From Magallana gigas (Eukaryota), in NCBI RefSeq assembly GCF_963853765.1, contig NC_088856.1, positions 23,188,001 to 23,252,000 on the forward strand: a DNA stretch of 64,000 nt. The letters run 5' to 3'. Numbering within the stretch: the first letter of the stretch is position 1; the number at the start of each line of letters is the position of its first letter. Below, piece by piece: positions 51,961-64,000 of this stretch. The notes under the pieces were generated by a model, which was not told the DNA's origin, searched no databases, and was given only the letters and a program-made list of their open reading frames with translations. A program made the position numbers and the translations under genes.

Positions 51961-53411
51961 GCATACACAAATATGTTCAATAAGAAATAAGTTGTAATAT
52001 ATCTTAAAAATATATGAATATAGTTTATTCAACATTACAAATTTTTTTAAGATTATTTGTCAGAATAAAGTTTTAAAAATTAAGAATAATCACGCATAAG
52101 TAATATACACTTTTTAGCCATCGATAAATTTTCTGAACCATTCATACTAATGGTTTATGCTAAATTTGTCAGCTTCCAGGGGTCCCTCTCCACACAGTTT
52201 TGTTCAAATGAACAGTTATGTTAAAATAAATGACTATGACCCCCCCCCTATAATAATATTGCTTTATTCTACCTGTCTTTAGAAAAAGCTTCACAACAGT
52301 CCCAATATCCCCCCAAAAAGTAACTTTACAGCCTGAGGGTGGTCTAAGGACAAGGTAAGTGATGTCTTAGAGTTAGAAAAAAAGTCATGGCCTTTCCTAA
52401 AATTAGGAGAGCTTCGAAAAACATACTTTAGACTAAGACATATCCTAAGATGTACCTAGGACGCACCATAGTCCTAAGATAGCTTCGTGAACATGCCTGC
52501 TGCACAATTACATGAACAAGAGTTACTTCCCGTGCCTGGTGCAAAATCTTCAGGAGTATTGTTTCAACACAACAAACTGCTATGAGAACGCGTTTTCTCA
52601 AGCTACATCCTACAGTAAAAAATATTGTCTTTGTCCTAAAGACATTTTAACTGCACCATGATGAAACGTATTTTTTTACCTTTAAAAAATCAAATGAATT
52701 CTAGCTTACAATATTTGTCATTTTTAGTCAGGAAATCAGTGTAATTTCAAATGCTGCAATGAGGAAATATCCACATTTTCACATGTACTAACATTTTTAC
52801 ACTTTTATTATGAAAATGTTAAGATCTTAATCATTTCATTTAAAATGTAGAACATAACTTTCATGTCAAATTTAAACAATCTAGACTTATCTACTAAATA
52901 ATGAAAAGAAAATCACATATAATTCCAAAAAGAAACTAGATAATAAAGAAACTAAATAAAATGGTTCAAAACAAGTAAACAAAACAATTAACCTACATTT
53001 AAACCAATCAATATATCACAAGAACCTTTTCTATTTGATTGACAAGGCATCATTCTTCTTTGAGCATCATAAGGTGATCAATTACTGTTGGGAGAGGGGG
53101 TGATCAAATTAATCGAAACCCGAAGGCTTTAAGATAGATTTGATCACGCCCGACCGTATTTGATCACCTCATAATATTAAAAAAATGATTCCTTATTACT
53201 TAAGAGCTTATATATTTTACAGCAATGGTACTATAACAATTGAATATCAAAATAATCATTGACAAAATGTATTGTAAAAATGTATTGTACTATGCATTAC
53301 TTAACCGTAGTGTTATTACAGACAATGGGGAATGTAAATATAATTATATAAAACTATAAATTATCAAAAGAATCTAAAGATCATTTTCACACATTTTGTG
53401 TGTCTATTTTG

Positions 53412-53549
53412 TTATATACACATATGTCATAATTTCTGCTCTCAGTGATGTATTTGATTTTAGTAATTTCTGAGTACAGAGGATAACCTCCATCGTCCGA
53501 TTGAATTGTTTTATTCCGTGGATCACCAGTAAAGGTGACACACAGTTTA
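53412..53549 (-). pseudogene. Detached NHL-domain relic of the second TRIM copy
   Basis: The reverse strand translates KLCVTFTGD-PRNKTIQSDDGGYPLYSEITKIKYITESRNYDICVYN, matching KLCVTSTGD...[34 protein letters not shown] of TRIM copy 1 with an internal deletion. Confidence 0.85.
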
Positions 53550-53946
53550 CTAAGCAACTACTTTGTTAATACAACCATTAGTGATCATGCCTCTACTGAC
53601 TAATCACAGTCCAATGAATCTCCTTGTTATGTACAGCATTATCTTCTATTTTATTTTTATTGTTCAGGTTTGTGAATCTTTAATACTACTTTAAAGGTAG
53701 CTGCTCTTAGTGACCATTCAGCTAGTCAAATACAAGAACCGTTTAAACAAGAGCTTGGACTTTGGATATAGTTGTGTCAGCAATGTGGCGTAGGCCTGTC
53801 TATTTCATTGTCGGCCACTTAGCCATTGTCTGGCTTTTGAGCTAAAACTACGCATTTGGTGCATATTTCGCCTGAAAACGCCTCATTTTTAACTTGTTTT
53901 GAGCAAGATATAGATAGCTACGTTCAACAGAAAGTCCAAGGTCTGG

Positions 53947-54852
53947 TTAAAGTGGTTCTATATTATTAATATGTATAGGAAAAACAAGAACCGGTCTCTC
54001 CCGATCCGCAAGTCCCGGTTTATCGAATTGCTTTCTAACTAATTTCGCTTCTTTATCAGTGTACATTGGGGTGATTTCTCCAAAGGAGCTGTACAGTTTT
54101 ATGGGATCTAAAGCTTTTGGAGTGAATGTTGGAAAATATAGCCGTATACTTTGTACAGGTTTGCTTAACTCTTTGATTTCCGAGCTGTATTCAATTGTTG
54201 AAGATACTTCAGTAGATTTTTCGATTGATTTTAATGTTAGCAATGTTTGCTTTATTTGAGACTGTGTCTGTTTAGCTTTATCCAAATGTTTCTGTAAAAA
54301 GTCTTTTGTATACATCTTTACTTCATTTACTTTGGTTTTCATTTTGTTGACGATGTTGTCAATTTCTCTGTGCCATTCTTCTCCTCGTTTGGATATTTCT
54401 GTCGTTATTCTCTCATATTCTCTTTCCGTATAGGCCAGCTGGTTTTCTAGTTCAAATGCATGTTTTTCATATGAAGGTGAAATTAAATTTTCAAACCTTT
54501 CCAAGTCATTTTTAACGATTTCTTTTTTTGTCTTATAAACTTCTGAAATTTCTAAAATGCAATGTCCCTTGTGTTGATCAGATGTCCAACAGGAAGAACA
54601 AACAAAAATGTTACAATTTTTACACTGTAAATCACATATTTTGTGTGGATGAGTTCCACAATTCGGATAAATCAAGGTTGATTTTCGATGTCGAAAAGGG
54701 ACTATTTTATGTTGGTCATACTCATCTATAATATGTTCACCTATACAAGGCTTGCATAAGTTGACGAGACAAAAGTCGCAGTAGCTATCTGCTATGGTGG
54801 TCATACAGAGGTCACACCGTTGTACATCCTGGGGACTGCCCTGAGGATCCAT
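53947..54852 (-). CDS. Truncated TRIM paralogue: 2 B-boxes and coiled coil, NHL domain lost (possible pseudogene or decoy)
   Basis: 314-aa ORF colinear with the 7874-9526 protein from MDPQG to about VRKQFDKPGLA (about 54005), then unrelated sequence to a stop. All B-box Cys/His ligands are retained. Confidence 0.8.
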   Translation of the reverse strand: MDPQGSPQDVQRCDLCMTTIADSYCDFCLVNLCKPCIGEHIIDEYDQHKIVPFRHRKSTLIYPNCGTHPHKICDLQCKNCNIFVCSSCWTSDQHKGHCILEISEVYKTKKEIVKNDLERFENLISPSYEKHAFELENQLAYTEREYERITTEISKRGEEWHREIDNIVNKMKTKVNEVKMYTKDFLQKHLDKAKQTQSQIKQTLLTLKSIEKSTEVSSTIEYSSEIKELSKPVQSIRLYFPTFTPKALDPIKLYSSFGEITPMYTDKEAKLVRKQFDKPGLADRERPVLVFPIHINNIEPL

Positions 54853-56926
54853 AGTTGTTGGTCTGTAGAATTTAAATATAGAATAATTCATTATTTTGAT
54901 AATAAACTAAACATTTCAATGTAATTTAATTACACTTGTATAATTTTTATGTAAACTAGAATGTGTTCATTTTGTAATCGATTTATGCCTGCAATTGTTT
55001 AATAAGTAAATGAAACGTACATTGCAATGATGTAGTCAAAAATAAAAAAAAATATTTATTTTTAAGTATTCATGCATGATATAAAACTGATCAGTCGATG
55101 CTTATTAAGTGTGAAATATAAGTTGATGTTGGAAGTCTATATTAAATCTGGAAAAGAGGACCTAAAATACATCTTTTTCTAGAATCTGACCAGCCTGCGA
55201 TTGTTACATATATAGAACATGTATATCATTAGGAATTAAAACTTTGCTTAATTCAATGTATGTCTGCCATGTACGCATGTCTCTTTTTCGACAGAAAAAT
55301 TAATCATTTCATTGTTATTGAAACCATATTTAACTCATATTTAATTGAAAATAAATGTTTCAATGACTTGCCTTGTAGTATTGCTGTTTCTTTGATTCGA
55401 AGGACATCAAACATGAAGGTTATTCAATTTTTTTATTCTATAGCAGACCAAAATGAATTTTAAACAATTTTGCTGATGTACATATGTTTATATAGATTAA
55501 TGTTAATTAAAAAAGTGCACATACCGTGGTTAACTAAACATACATATCCTGGGTTTTTTTTAAAACCACAACATTCCGCACCTCAACATGTCTGGTTTCT
55601 AACGAAATGTGATCATGTGACAGCGTTTTAAATATTTTGGAACAAAGTAAAGTTGTAATTGCTTAATTGTTTAAAACTGTTAACGGAGCCAACATTTAAT
55701 GATATGTATCGATATTCAAAGGACAGTGTCACAAATGCGTTGATAGTTTTTAGGGTGTATTTAAACTTCATATCAACACAATGCTCTATCATCAGGGTAT
55801 TATATTCCTGATGATAAACAACATTTTTGTGTTAGTTATTCGTCTCCTAATAATGCAAGAGGAAGTCAAATCGAAGTCAAAATTATATCATAAGGCTAAT
55901 AATATACCAACAGCCAAACAATTAACTAGAACATGGACATTAAGTCGCTATAGTTATGAGCTTTTAGTCAGTTAATAAGTTTTACGCGAAATACACCTTT
56001 TGCTCTTTTTAGATTAACTTCATGTTAGGAAAGATATTTGCAATTGAAAACAAAAACAACTGTATGCAGTGGTGTTACATAACACTGATCTTTCTTGTTG
56101 AAATATTAAGTAAACATTTAACTATGAAATCAGCACTTATACATATATAGCAAAGGTCCATCAGTTTTAGAAGTAGTGGTGCTGTAATATTAGTACGAGG
56201 TTAATTTTGCTGATTCATCAAGTTTCTTAGTTTGCTTGATCAACCATGCCTTTGTCATTAGCTTCTCTAAGTTAAGCACTGGAACAGAGAGTTGAAATCA
56301 GGTCTTCAAAAATTGTATTTGATTATATAAGCAATAGTTTCAAAAGAAGGTACTACATTATACGTGTATTAAAAACGAATACTATCGGCAGTTATTGATC
56401 AGAGAAATCTCCGAAATTAATAGAAAAAATGTCAAATGAATAATACAGGTAATAGATAAATCGGTATCTTTACCGTAAAAAATATACATCAATTTTGACT
56501 CTGTCATGAAGTCCCCCCTCCCCCCCCCCAAAAAAAAAAAAGAATTGAATAGGAATATCGTGTTAATGTTTTCTATCGTGCATACATTATATTGCGACAT
56601 AGGCCTACAGGATACCCGCTTTTAAAGGTATAGTTATAGAAAACGCGTCGTGTCCTCATTTTTTATTTAGACCATATATTGATTTCGACAAGTGCAGATC
56701 AGGCAATTTAAATCCTCGATCTATATTCCTTGGACATGGCTGTGTTTAGATTTCAGTGCAATGCATTGGTGGTCACATATCGAAACATTTACGATTGCTG
56801 CAATTAGACACTCTACTCACAAACAATGGAAACGTGATTCTGGAAAAAATGTGGGTTATTTCAGGTCAGAGTTATTTCGAAAGAGAGAACTTTAGGAGGT
56901 AAATTGTTCTCCAAAGAAGACTGAAA

Positions 56927-59900
56927 ATGGAGTTCCACAGTCGATGGATTTTAACTACTTTGTTTATTATTTGTAAGTATATAAGTACTAGTATTTGTTC
57001 ACCATAGTATGCACCCGATAGCATAAGTAATGAAAATGAAAACAAACATGGCTGTGGTTGTTAAAGTTTCACGTTTACTGTATGTACTTAGACGTTAAAA
57101 TAGATATGCGTGTAACAATGTAGAGACTGTCACACTAATTCAAGTGTCAATATTTCTAGAAAAAATTATTATTTCCAATACAAATTAAAGCCAGTATTTA
57201 GACTGGTATGTAGACAATCTTCAAAACAGCTTATTTTCGTATTAGTTACAAGAATTGATATTACTATAATTTAACACTAAAATAATATACATATTTTGAT
57301 TAACATAATTATTCACAAAAGACTGATACAAGAAGGTGCGTATTTTCTTACCAAATGCCTTATTATTTCTGTCGTTACAAGACAAAAATACTAGTGAATA
57401 TATTTTGCGTTCTAGTGCTGTTGTACATTCATAAAAATCTATCAAACTCAACAAGGTATTATATAATAGTTTTCAATTTCCAGTAACTTAAATATGTTTC
57501 TATATGGGTCTTTTTTCCAGGTGGTAATAATTGTATGATGTTGGTTGAATGTACATGGGCACTTTAAGAATATATTTCATTAACAAGAAGAGAAGAAGAG
57601 ATTTAAATATAAATTATTGGTACGTCACCGCTTACATTATGTAAATATTATATATTGAATCGTTTTTAACTAAATTATTTATAAAATAGTTAAATAATAA
57701 AAAAAAACCCTATTATTCTAGGATTGATGTTGCCGATAAGCTGTTGACCATTAAGCCTCCTTAAAGTGGAATTAATCAGCAACCCTGTGCATTTGGTTTG
57801 CTCATTCAAAGTTTGTGGTTTCATTAATATTCAAGGGTATCAATTTTCAGGGATAAAGTGAAAATCACAGTTTCAAGGATACGTAAATTCGTGGCCAATG
57901 ACCCTATCAATACAAAATGTTAGTTGCGATTGCACTTCAATGAACATTAAATTATATTGATCAACTTAACANNNNNNNNNNNNNNNNNNNNNNNNNNNNN
58001 NNNNNNNNNNNNNNNNNNNNNNNNNNNNNNNNNNNNNNNNNNNNNNNNNNNNNNNNNNNNNNNNNNNNNNNNNNNNNNNNNNNNNNNNNNNNNNNNNNNN
58101 NNNNNNNNNNNNNNNNNNNNNNNNNNNNNNNNNNNNNGTCACAGTGTCCGGTAATATATATTAAAATTTAAAAAATAATAAAAAAAAATAACAAAAAGAT
58201 TAATGATGTTATATATATATATATATATATATATAATAATAATAAGCACAAACATTGCAATAACTCTCAAATTGACATGTACCTGCCCATAGTGATGATA
58301 CAGATATATATAAAGCACAGAGAAATTCAGTTTTTGTTGGAGCTCCACCTTCCGCCCCGACCGAGGGAACGATCTCTGGAACCCATTCTCCTAGCAGTGA
58401 GCGGCCACCGCGCTCCCCACTTGGCTATCTAGGCAAGACAAAAATCTTGCTTTCGATAACGAACGGAACCTAGCGCGCTGGCCGCGCACTACACAGTCGC
58501 TTGAGATAGAGGTGGAATACAGTTAAACGACAATTTGAGAGGATCGGAACGATACACATTGCATAGATACAAACATATATAATAAGCACAAACATTTTAA
58601 TAACTCTCAAATTGACATGCACCTGCCCATCGTGAATGATATAGATATATATAAAGCACAGACAAATTCACTTTTTGTTGTAGCTCCACCTTCCGCCCCG
58701 ACCAAGGCTTGAACTCACGACCTCTAGAACCTATTCTCCTAGCAGTGAGCAGCCACCGCGCTCCCCACTCTCCAATTTGAATAAAAATCGGTCTTCCAGT
58801 TTTGCAATTTACTGGAGAATCAATAGAATTCGTGGTTGCTTAATTTTCGTGATATTCGTGGGTTGCCCCCCCCCCACGACATCCTCAACGAAAACAAATT
58901 TAGAAAGAGTTATCTTTGTTATTGTAACTGAAAACCGGCGCATCCACGAAATTACATCCCCCCGAATAAGCAAACAATTCACAATCCACGAAAATTGGCC
59001 CCCACGAATTTAAATGATTCCACAGTATATTTGTCTTTAGATTGCTTTGTGCCAAATTTGGTTGAAATTGGTCTGGGGGTTTAGAGAAGAAGTTAAAAAT
59101 GTAAAAGATTACAGACGGACGGACAAAATGTGATCAGAAAGGCTCACTTGAGGTTTTAGCTCAGGGGAGCTAAAAACACTAATAGATGAATTTATTACAA
59201 ATGTTAAAAGTAAACCTCATCACTGGTATTTGAACACATGTTTTGTACTTTTCTTTGACCTTTGTGATTTCAGGTCACTCTATTTTGGGCAATGAAGCAG
59301 CATATAGATCCCGAAAAACTACATCCTACAGCATGTAAGAATAGCGTACCTTGTCATACCAACAGTATTTTCTGCTATAAATCTCTAATCAGTTACTGAA
59401 AGTGTTCCTGCAAAAAAAAAAAACGTATAAAAGAATGTAATAAGAATGACTAAGTTGATAAATAAATGTAGGAAATTTAACAATCAAAGAATAAACAAAT
59501 TGATATAAAAATATATGATACGTGATGACTCATTTAAAAATGAAAATATTCCAATAGTTGTTATTGCTTGTTTTCAGTTAGCTTTTGTTTCATAAAATGT
59601 ATTTGTATTCTGGAAGAACCCTCTTAATATATTAACGTTTACAATTACAAATTTTGTTTACTGAAGGGAACCCTGGATGATTGTAGTGAGCTGTCTATCA
59701 ATAATTGCTGTACCAGTGGTTATCATAATATGTATAAAATGTGGCTGCTGCAAAGTCCAGCAACGGGCACCTCATACAAGAAGTACGTATTATTACATTG
59801 GCTTCCATGAAAACTGTAAATTTCTTTCTAAATACATGAAACACACACCAAGGCCTTCATATAATAATATAGAGATATTTCCATTGCAAGATAAGACTTT

Positions 59901-60100
59901 TATCTTATTTTTTAGTTATTCAAAATGGTGGACAACAGATGTATCCTCCCCCTCCTCCTTATGGATACAGTAACCCAGCCGACAATTCAGGAAATCTTGG
60001 GAACCAGTTTAATTATGCAGGGACTCAGGGGTTTTCTCAACCCATGCAAAACAACTATGGCTCTCCAATGGGAACGTATAACACAGACGGAAAGTATTAA
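56927..60100 (+). CDS. Small single-pass membrane protein with PPxY tail, copy 2 (135 aa, exons 56927-56972, 59274-59334, 59667-59782, 59916-60100)
   Basis: Same splice sites and phases as copy 1. Both indels (3 nt and 9 nt) preserve the frame. Product: MEFHSRWILTTLFIICHSILGNEAAYRSRKTTSYSMEPWMIVVSCLSIIAVPVVIIICIKCGCCK...YPPPPPY...NTDGKY*. Confidence 0.85.
58241..58770 (-). mobile_element. Two tandem copies (340-bp period) of a tRNA-derived SINE in intron 1 of PPxY-TM copy 2
   Basis: Direct repeats starting aataagcacaaacatt at 58241 and 58581. Minus-strand A-box TAGCCAAGTGG (58417-58427) and B-box GAGTTCAAGCC (58706-58716); (AT)n tail at about 58210-58235. Confidence 0.75.
58800..59178. mobile_element. 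Adjacent TE fragments: MITE end (...ccacgaatttaaatgattccacag|TA) and HINE/Helitron-like terminus
   Basis: The TIR-like end at 58960-59028; at 59030-59178 acagacggacggac..tgatcagaaaggctcacttgaggttttagctcaggggagctaaaa is a reverse-oriented relative of the 27330 head. Confidence 0.65.
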
Positions 60101-61529
60101 TATTCATAACAATGTGAAGTCAATATTTAATGTACTGACGATAATTGTTTCTTTTTTATTGGTTTTATAGTTTTTGAGCATTGGTGTCACAGTGATGTCA
60201 AATTGAACTGGGGTTATTTACATTTCGCGGTCCTATTTGTTGAACTTCTTACTTTTAGGAGTTTTGTTTAGTGTGTTATTACTTGTTATTTACATGTAAA
60301 TACATGTATATATGTTTATGCATTTTCAAATGTGTTGATTTTATTGGCAGTATAATAAGTTCTTATACATTATACTGTTGTTACTTTTTTAGTTAAACAT
60401 GCTGTTCCAGATATTTATTCAAGTACAAAATAAAGTAACATTTTTGGGCCTTTCTTAAGAGTAGTTTTTATTTATGTTTCAACTATGCTAGAAAGGTGCG
60501 TAACCGTTTTACAGTCACTCTAGTTTGGGTGAAATTCGCCTGACCTTTGATATATTTAATTAAAAAACAAATTCCAAGGAAAAAGGATATATGAAAATTC
60601 CTGTTGAAAAGACATTTTTCCTACAGGACGGATAAAATGCATGCAGATGATACATGTATAAATCTTATTATCACAATTAATTTAAACAACATTGAAAGTC
60701 AGCAGTATTTTAGGTGGAATTGGACACCTCCTTGTGACGTATTATTTATCCAACAGCGTAGCGTTAGAGGAGAATCTCTAATTCATGAGTTCGAATCCCG
60801 CTGGAGATGTTATACTTTTGCAAAAACATATTGTTTGGTTAAATGTGAAATCTGAAAATTTTAAATCGGAGTTATTATTCCATGAGACAGTAGCAAGATT
60901 TTCTGCGTTTAATTCGCTATCCATGCAAAATAAAGAATCTATTTACCTAACCCGTAATATTAACAACAAACCAGTGAGCAGTGCTTTTATAAAGATAATA
61001 TGCAATATTTCTGTGAATTGATAATGAAAGAATACACACATACTTGTTTAAAAAATATTCGTGGTACATATGTCTTTGGTGGAGCATTTGATGAAAAGAT
61101 CATGTGGAAAAGAATAAGGAAATATAATGAAAAGATTCGAACACATGATACAAATTGTAGGATGTGTAATTATACATTTGCAATAAAAATATACAATAAT
61201 TGTGAATGTTTTGAAAGGTCATTACTATAGGACCATAGTTATCAGGGGTTTTTTTTGGATTTGAATTCATTTTTTTATGAACTATTGTCGATGGATACGA
61301 TATAAGTGGACAGACATGTATATTATTGTAATATATTTATTTTCTAAATCATATTTTAGTAGGACTTCATTTTTTTAACACTTCATAAACATGTATATCA
61401 AAATCACAAATGAAGTGCTTAAAAATTAATATCGTTTAAATGTATGATTATAGTTTTTCCAAATTTTGGATTATTTTTTTATGTAAATTGAAATTTACAG
61501 TTTAATGTAAACAGGGTGATTTTCGTTAA

Positions 61530-61706
61530 TTGTTCACCCTTTTACATTTGCATACAATTTCGCCCGTCTTGAATCGCCCAGACGCTGTTGTGCCTAAATT
61601 AATAAGTGAAGACATTAGAATTAGCCCAGTCTTAAATTCGCCCGCTGATAACAAGGGCGAAGGAGGTAAAAATAAAACGGGTCGAATAGTTTCCTTTATA
61701 CAGTAA
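61530..61706. mobile_element. MITE fragment (ttcgccc-repeat family ending in ...tttatacag|TA)
   Basis: Repeated ttcgccc motifs and a TA-flanked end; a related opposite end tactgtatacatgattattttcgcccc is at about 7101-7180. Confidence 0.5.
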
Positions 61707-64000
61707 TGCATTAATTAATCATAAAACTAGCCATAGGCATGGAATGAAATAAAATTAAAGCTCATATCTGGAAATCAGTAACGAGGAATTTCAGAGAGAA
61801 CAAGCAAGTTTCCACAGATGCCATAAAGCAAATTGATTTTAATTATTTGCCGCATTGTGATAAATGTTTATACATGTAATTCCAGTGCAGGAGTAAGAAC
61901 TTGTGCATGCTTGTTCGCAGTCAAGAGGTTTTAAAGCCATGCATTTGGTATGCATTGCACGTTTTATCAAGCTTCTAGTACTAGTGAAATAAATTTTTCA
62001 TAGTCAATCTACAAAAGAAAAAAAAACAGCTGGACTTCATCTTGATTGCTTTCAAAGTCTAAAATTTAACTGCTACCATTGGGCAACATGACACCTTAAT
62101 AAAAACAAAGAGGGGAATGTTGGTGCATGCCTAAGCGCAAAAGGACTAGTTGACAATGGGTCGAGGCGACGATGCCAAACAACAAAAATGAACTGGAGGA
62201 TTAACCCGTCACGCCAAAAGCCATCCTGCAGATCCAAGTCGAATTTGAAATTATTTGAAATTATTGTAAACTGTTTTTCATACTGTAACCATAATGCCTA
62301 TATTTATTCGAAAACAATTCACCCGATGAATCGAAACCTATATTTATGTACGAAATTTTCATTATTTTATATAATGATACTTCCGAAATCGGTATTTTCA
62401 TTCATACATGTACTAGTTCTAATTTGATGAATATCTATCCATTTTTAATAACTGAATGTTTATTTGTTCTGAATGCACACGGAAATATTTTGAAATTCTT
62501 CCTTCTCTCAATTGTTTTTTATTGAATTAATGCTTATCTGGTGTATTACTCGTAAAATCAAATTTCACAGACGTTACGTGGTGTGATAACATGTTATGCT
62601 TTAGCCTAGAACATATGCTTTTTGGAACGTCGTGTGTTTACAACATCTAAAAGACGGAGCCAAGAAGATATAATATATGTGTTTATGTTGATTGGTATGT
62701 AGATTTAAGTTCATTTTTGTTTTTGGTTATTTATTATTTTTAACCTTTTGGTCATATGATTTTACCCATTTGTAAATAACCAATCATAAACGGTATTTGT
62801 AATGGAAAATACATGAAAATGAAGTTGATTAATCTATTATTATTCAATTATATGAAATGATATTCAGTATCAGTATTACACATGCTTCATCAGTCTCATT
62901 TTTTTTTCTTAAGAGAAAAATAAGGCTGAAGTTATTTAGTCTGCAATTCATACACCCTCTACCGTAAGTTTATGTTTATTTATATGATTAAAAAGCTAAA
63001 ACATTTAAAAAAAGAAGAGGAAAAAAAATGAATATATTTTTTGACCCATTATATTTACTGCATCAATTCTGATTGATTACCGCCGTACGTAATTGTACAT
63101 TTACAAACAGTATTTCAAAAGAGTATTTTTCTACCATACTGCAGTAAAGTTTAACTAAAAATATTCTCAATTGTCCACCTTTTAGCATTGCCTTTTTGTG
63201 AAACGTTTGTTATCATTTAACCAGGCAGGAAGTATGTCCATGTACATGTATATTTTCGGAAATGAAAAAGGAAATTAAAAATAACCCGACATAAAATTTA
63301 CATAACTAGGAATGTTGAAATTTAATCAGACTGAAGCATTTAAATTCATCTGAAACGTCTTAAATAATCTTAAGTTCTATCAAGTTTCGTTTTTTCATTT
63401 CACTGAAAATTTATGAAACGTCNNNNNNNNNNNNNNNNNNNNNNNNNNNNNNNNNNNNNNNNNNNNNNNNNNNNNNNNNNNNNNNNNNNNNNNNNNNNNN
63501 NNNNNNNNNNNNNNNNNNNNNNNNNNNNNNNNNNNNNNNNNNNNNNNNNNNNNNNNNNNNNNNNNNNNNNNNNAACAGCGACTTTTCATTTGCATTGTTA
63601 CAAAACAGCACACCAGTTACAAAATTACGTATTACACAATGTAGCATTACACATTTGAAAATTTGACATTTAAAATTTTACAATAGCTTTAAGTTTGTAT
63701 TGAATGCCCATACGTGAGTTAAGATATTGTTAATCAGAGGTTGTGGTGGTGAGCATACCCATGTAAAGTAGGTGTGCTATGCAATATTTTTTAATGTCTC
63801 ATTATTGTTTATTTCGTCTGGTACATTGGATATGGCCCATTGTTTGTTTTTTGTTAAAGCAAAATCAATATTTGGGCAATAAATGTAAACATATGAGCGT
63901 ATCACAAAAAATAATAATAAAAGGACGAAGTATACACTTGTCGTTCTCAAGTTTGAAAATGGGGTGAATATAGAATTTTTTTTTCCAATTTTCCGAAAGA

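Larger units (their letters stand above)
52510..60200. repeat. Segmental duplication unit B, paralogous to 7190-15600
   Basis: Same orientation and gene order as unit A, about 45 kb downstream; the two units differ by independent TE insertions and deletions. Confidence 0.9.

Noticed and set aside
62117-62260. MPKRKRTS NLS-like start in a CpG-richer patch
   Set aside because: A stop follows immediately and there are no transposase or other motifs downstream.
30419-63658. ORF-track entries containing X runs
   Set aside because: They are artefacts of reading through assembly gaps.

Overview
AT-rich, repeat-dense eukaryotic genomic DNA with six short N gaps. The repeat families (Cg170-like Helitron array, CR1/L2 LINE, many MITEs) and the RING-less B-box/NHL TRIM genes point to a bivalve mollusc, probably an oyster; this is an inference. 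Most ORF-track entries are noise. Splicing by hand recovers three multi-exon genes the track misses. (1) An 8-exon, about 699-aa type I membrane protein (24874-49688, +): signal peptide, Cys-rich glycosylated ectodomain, TM helix, short linker exons, and about 10 cytoplasmic ankyrin repeats on one terminal exon. (2, 3) Two intact paralogues (13351-15483 and 56927-60100, +) of a 139/135-aa single-pass protein with a tiny ectodomain, a Cys cluster after the TM helix and a PPPPPY (PPxY) tail. Each sits head-to-head with a RING-less TRIM gene, and this two-gene unit is duplicated on either side of the receptor. One TRIM is complete (B-box, coiled coil, NHL); the other is truncated, with a detached NHL relic. 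A third NHL relic lies at about 6.1-6.4 kb. Introns and spacers hold TIR elements (mariner-like, CACTA-like, foldbacks), a LINE 3' end, tRNA-derived SINEs and microsatellites. All gene models are predicted from sequence alone.
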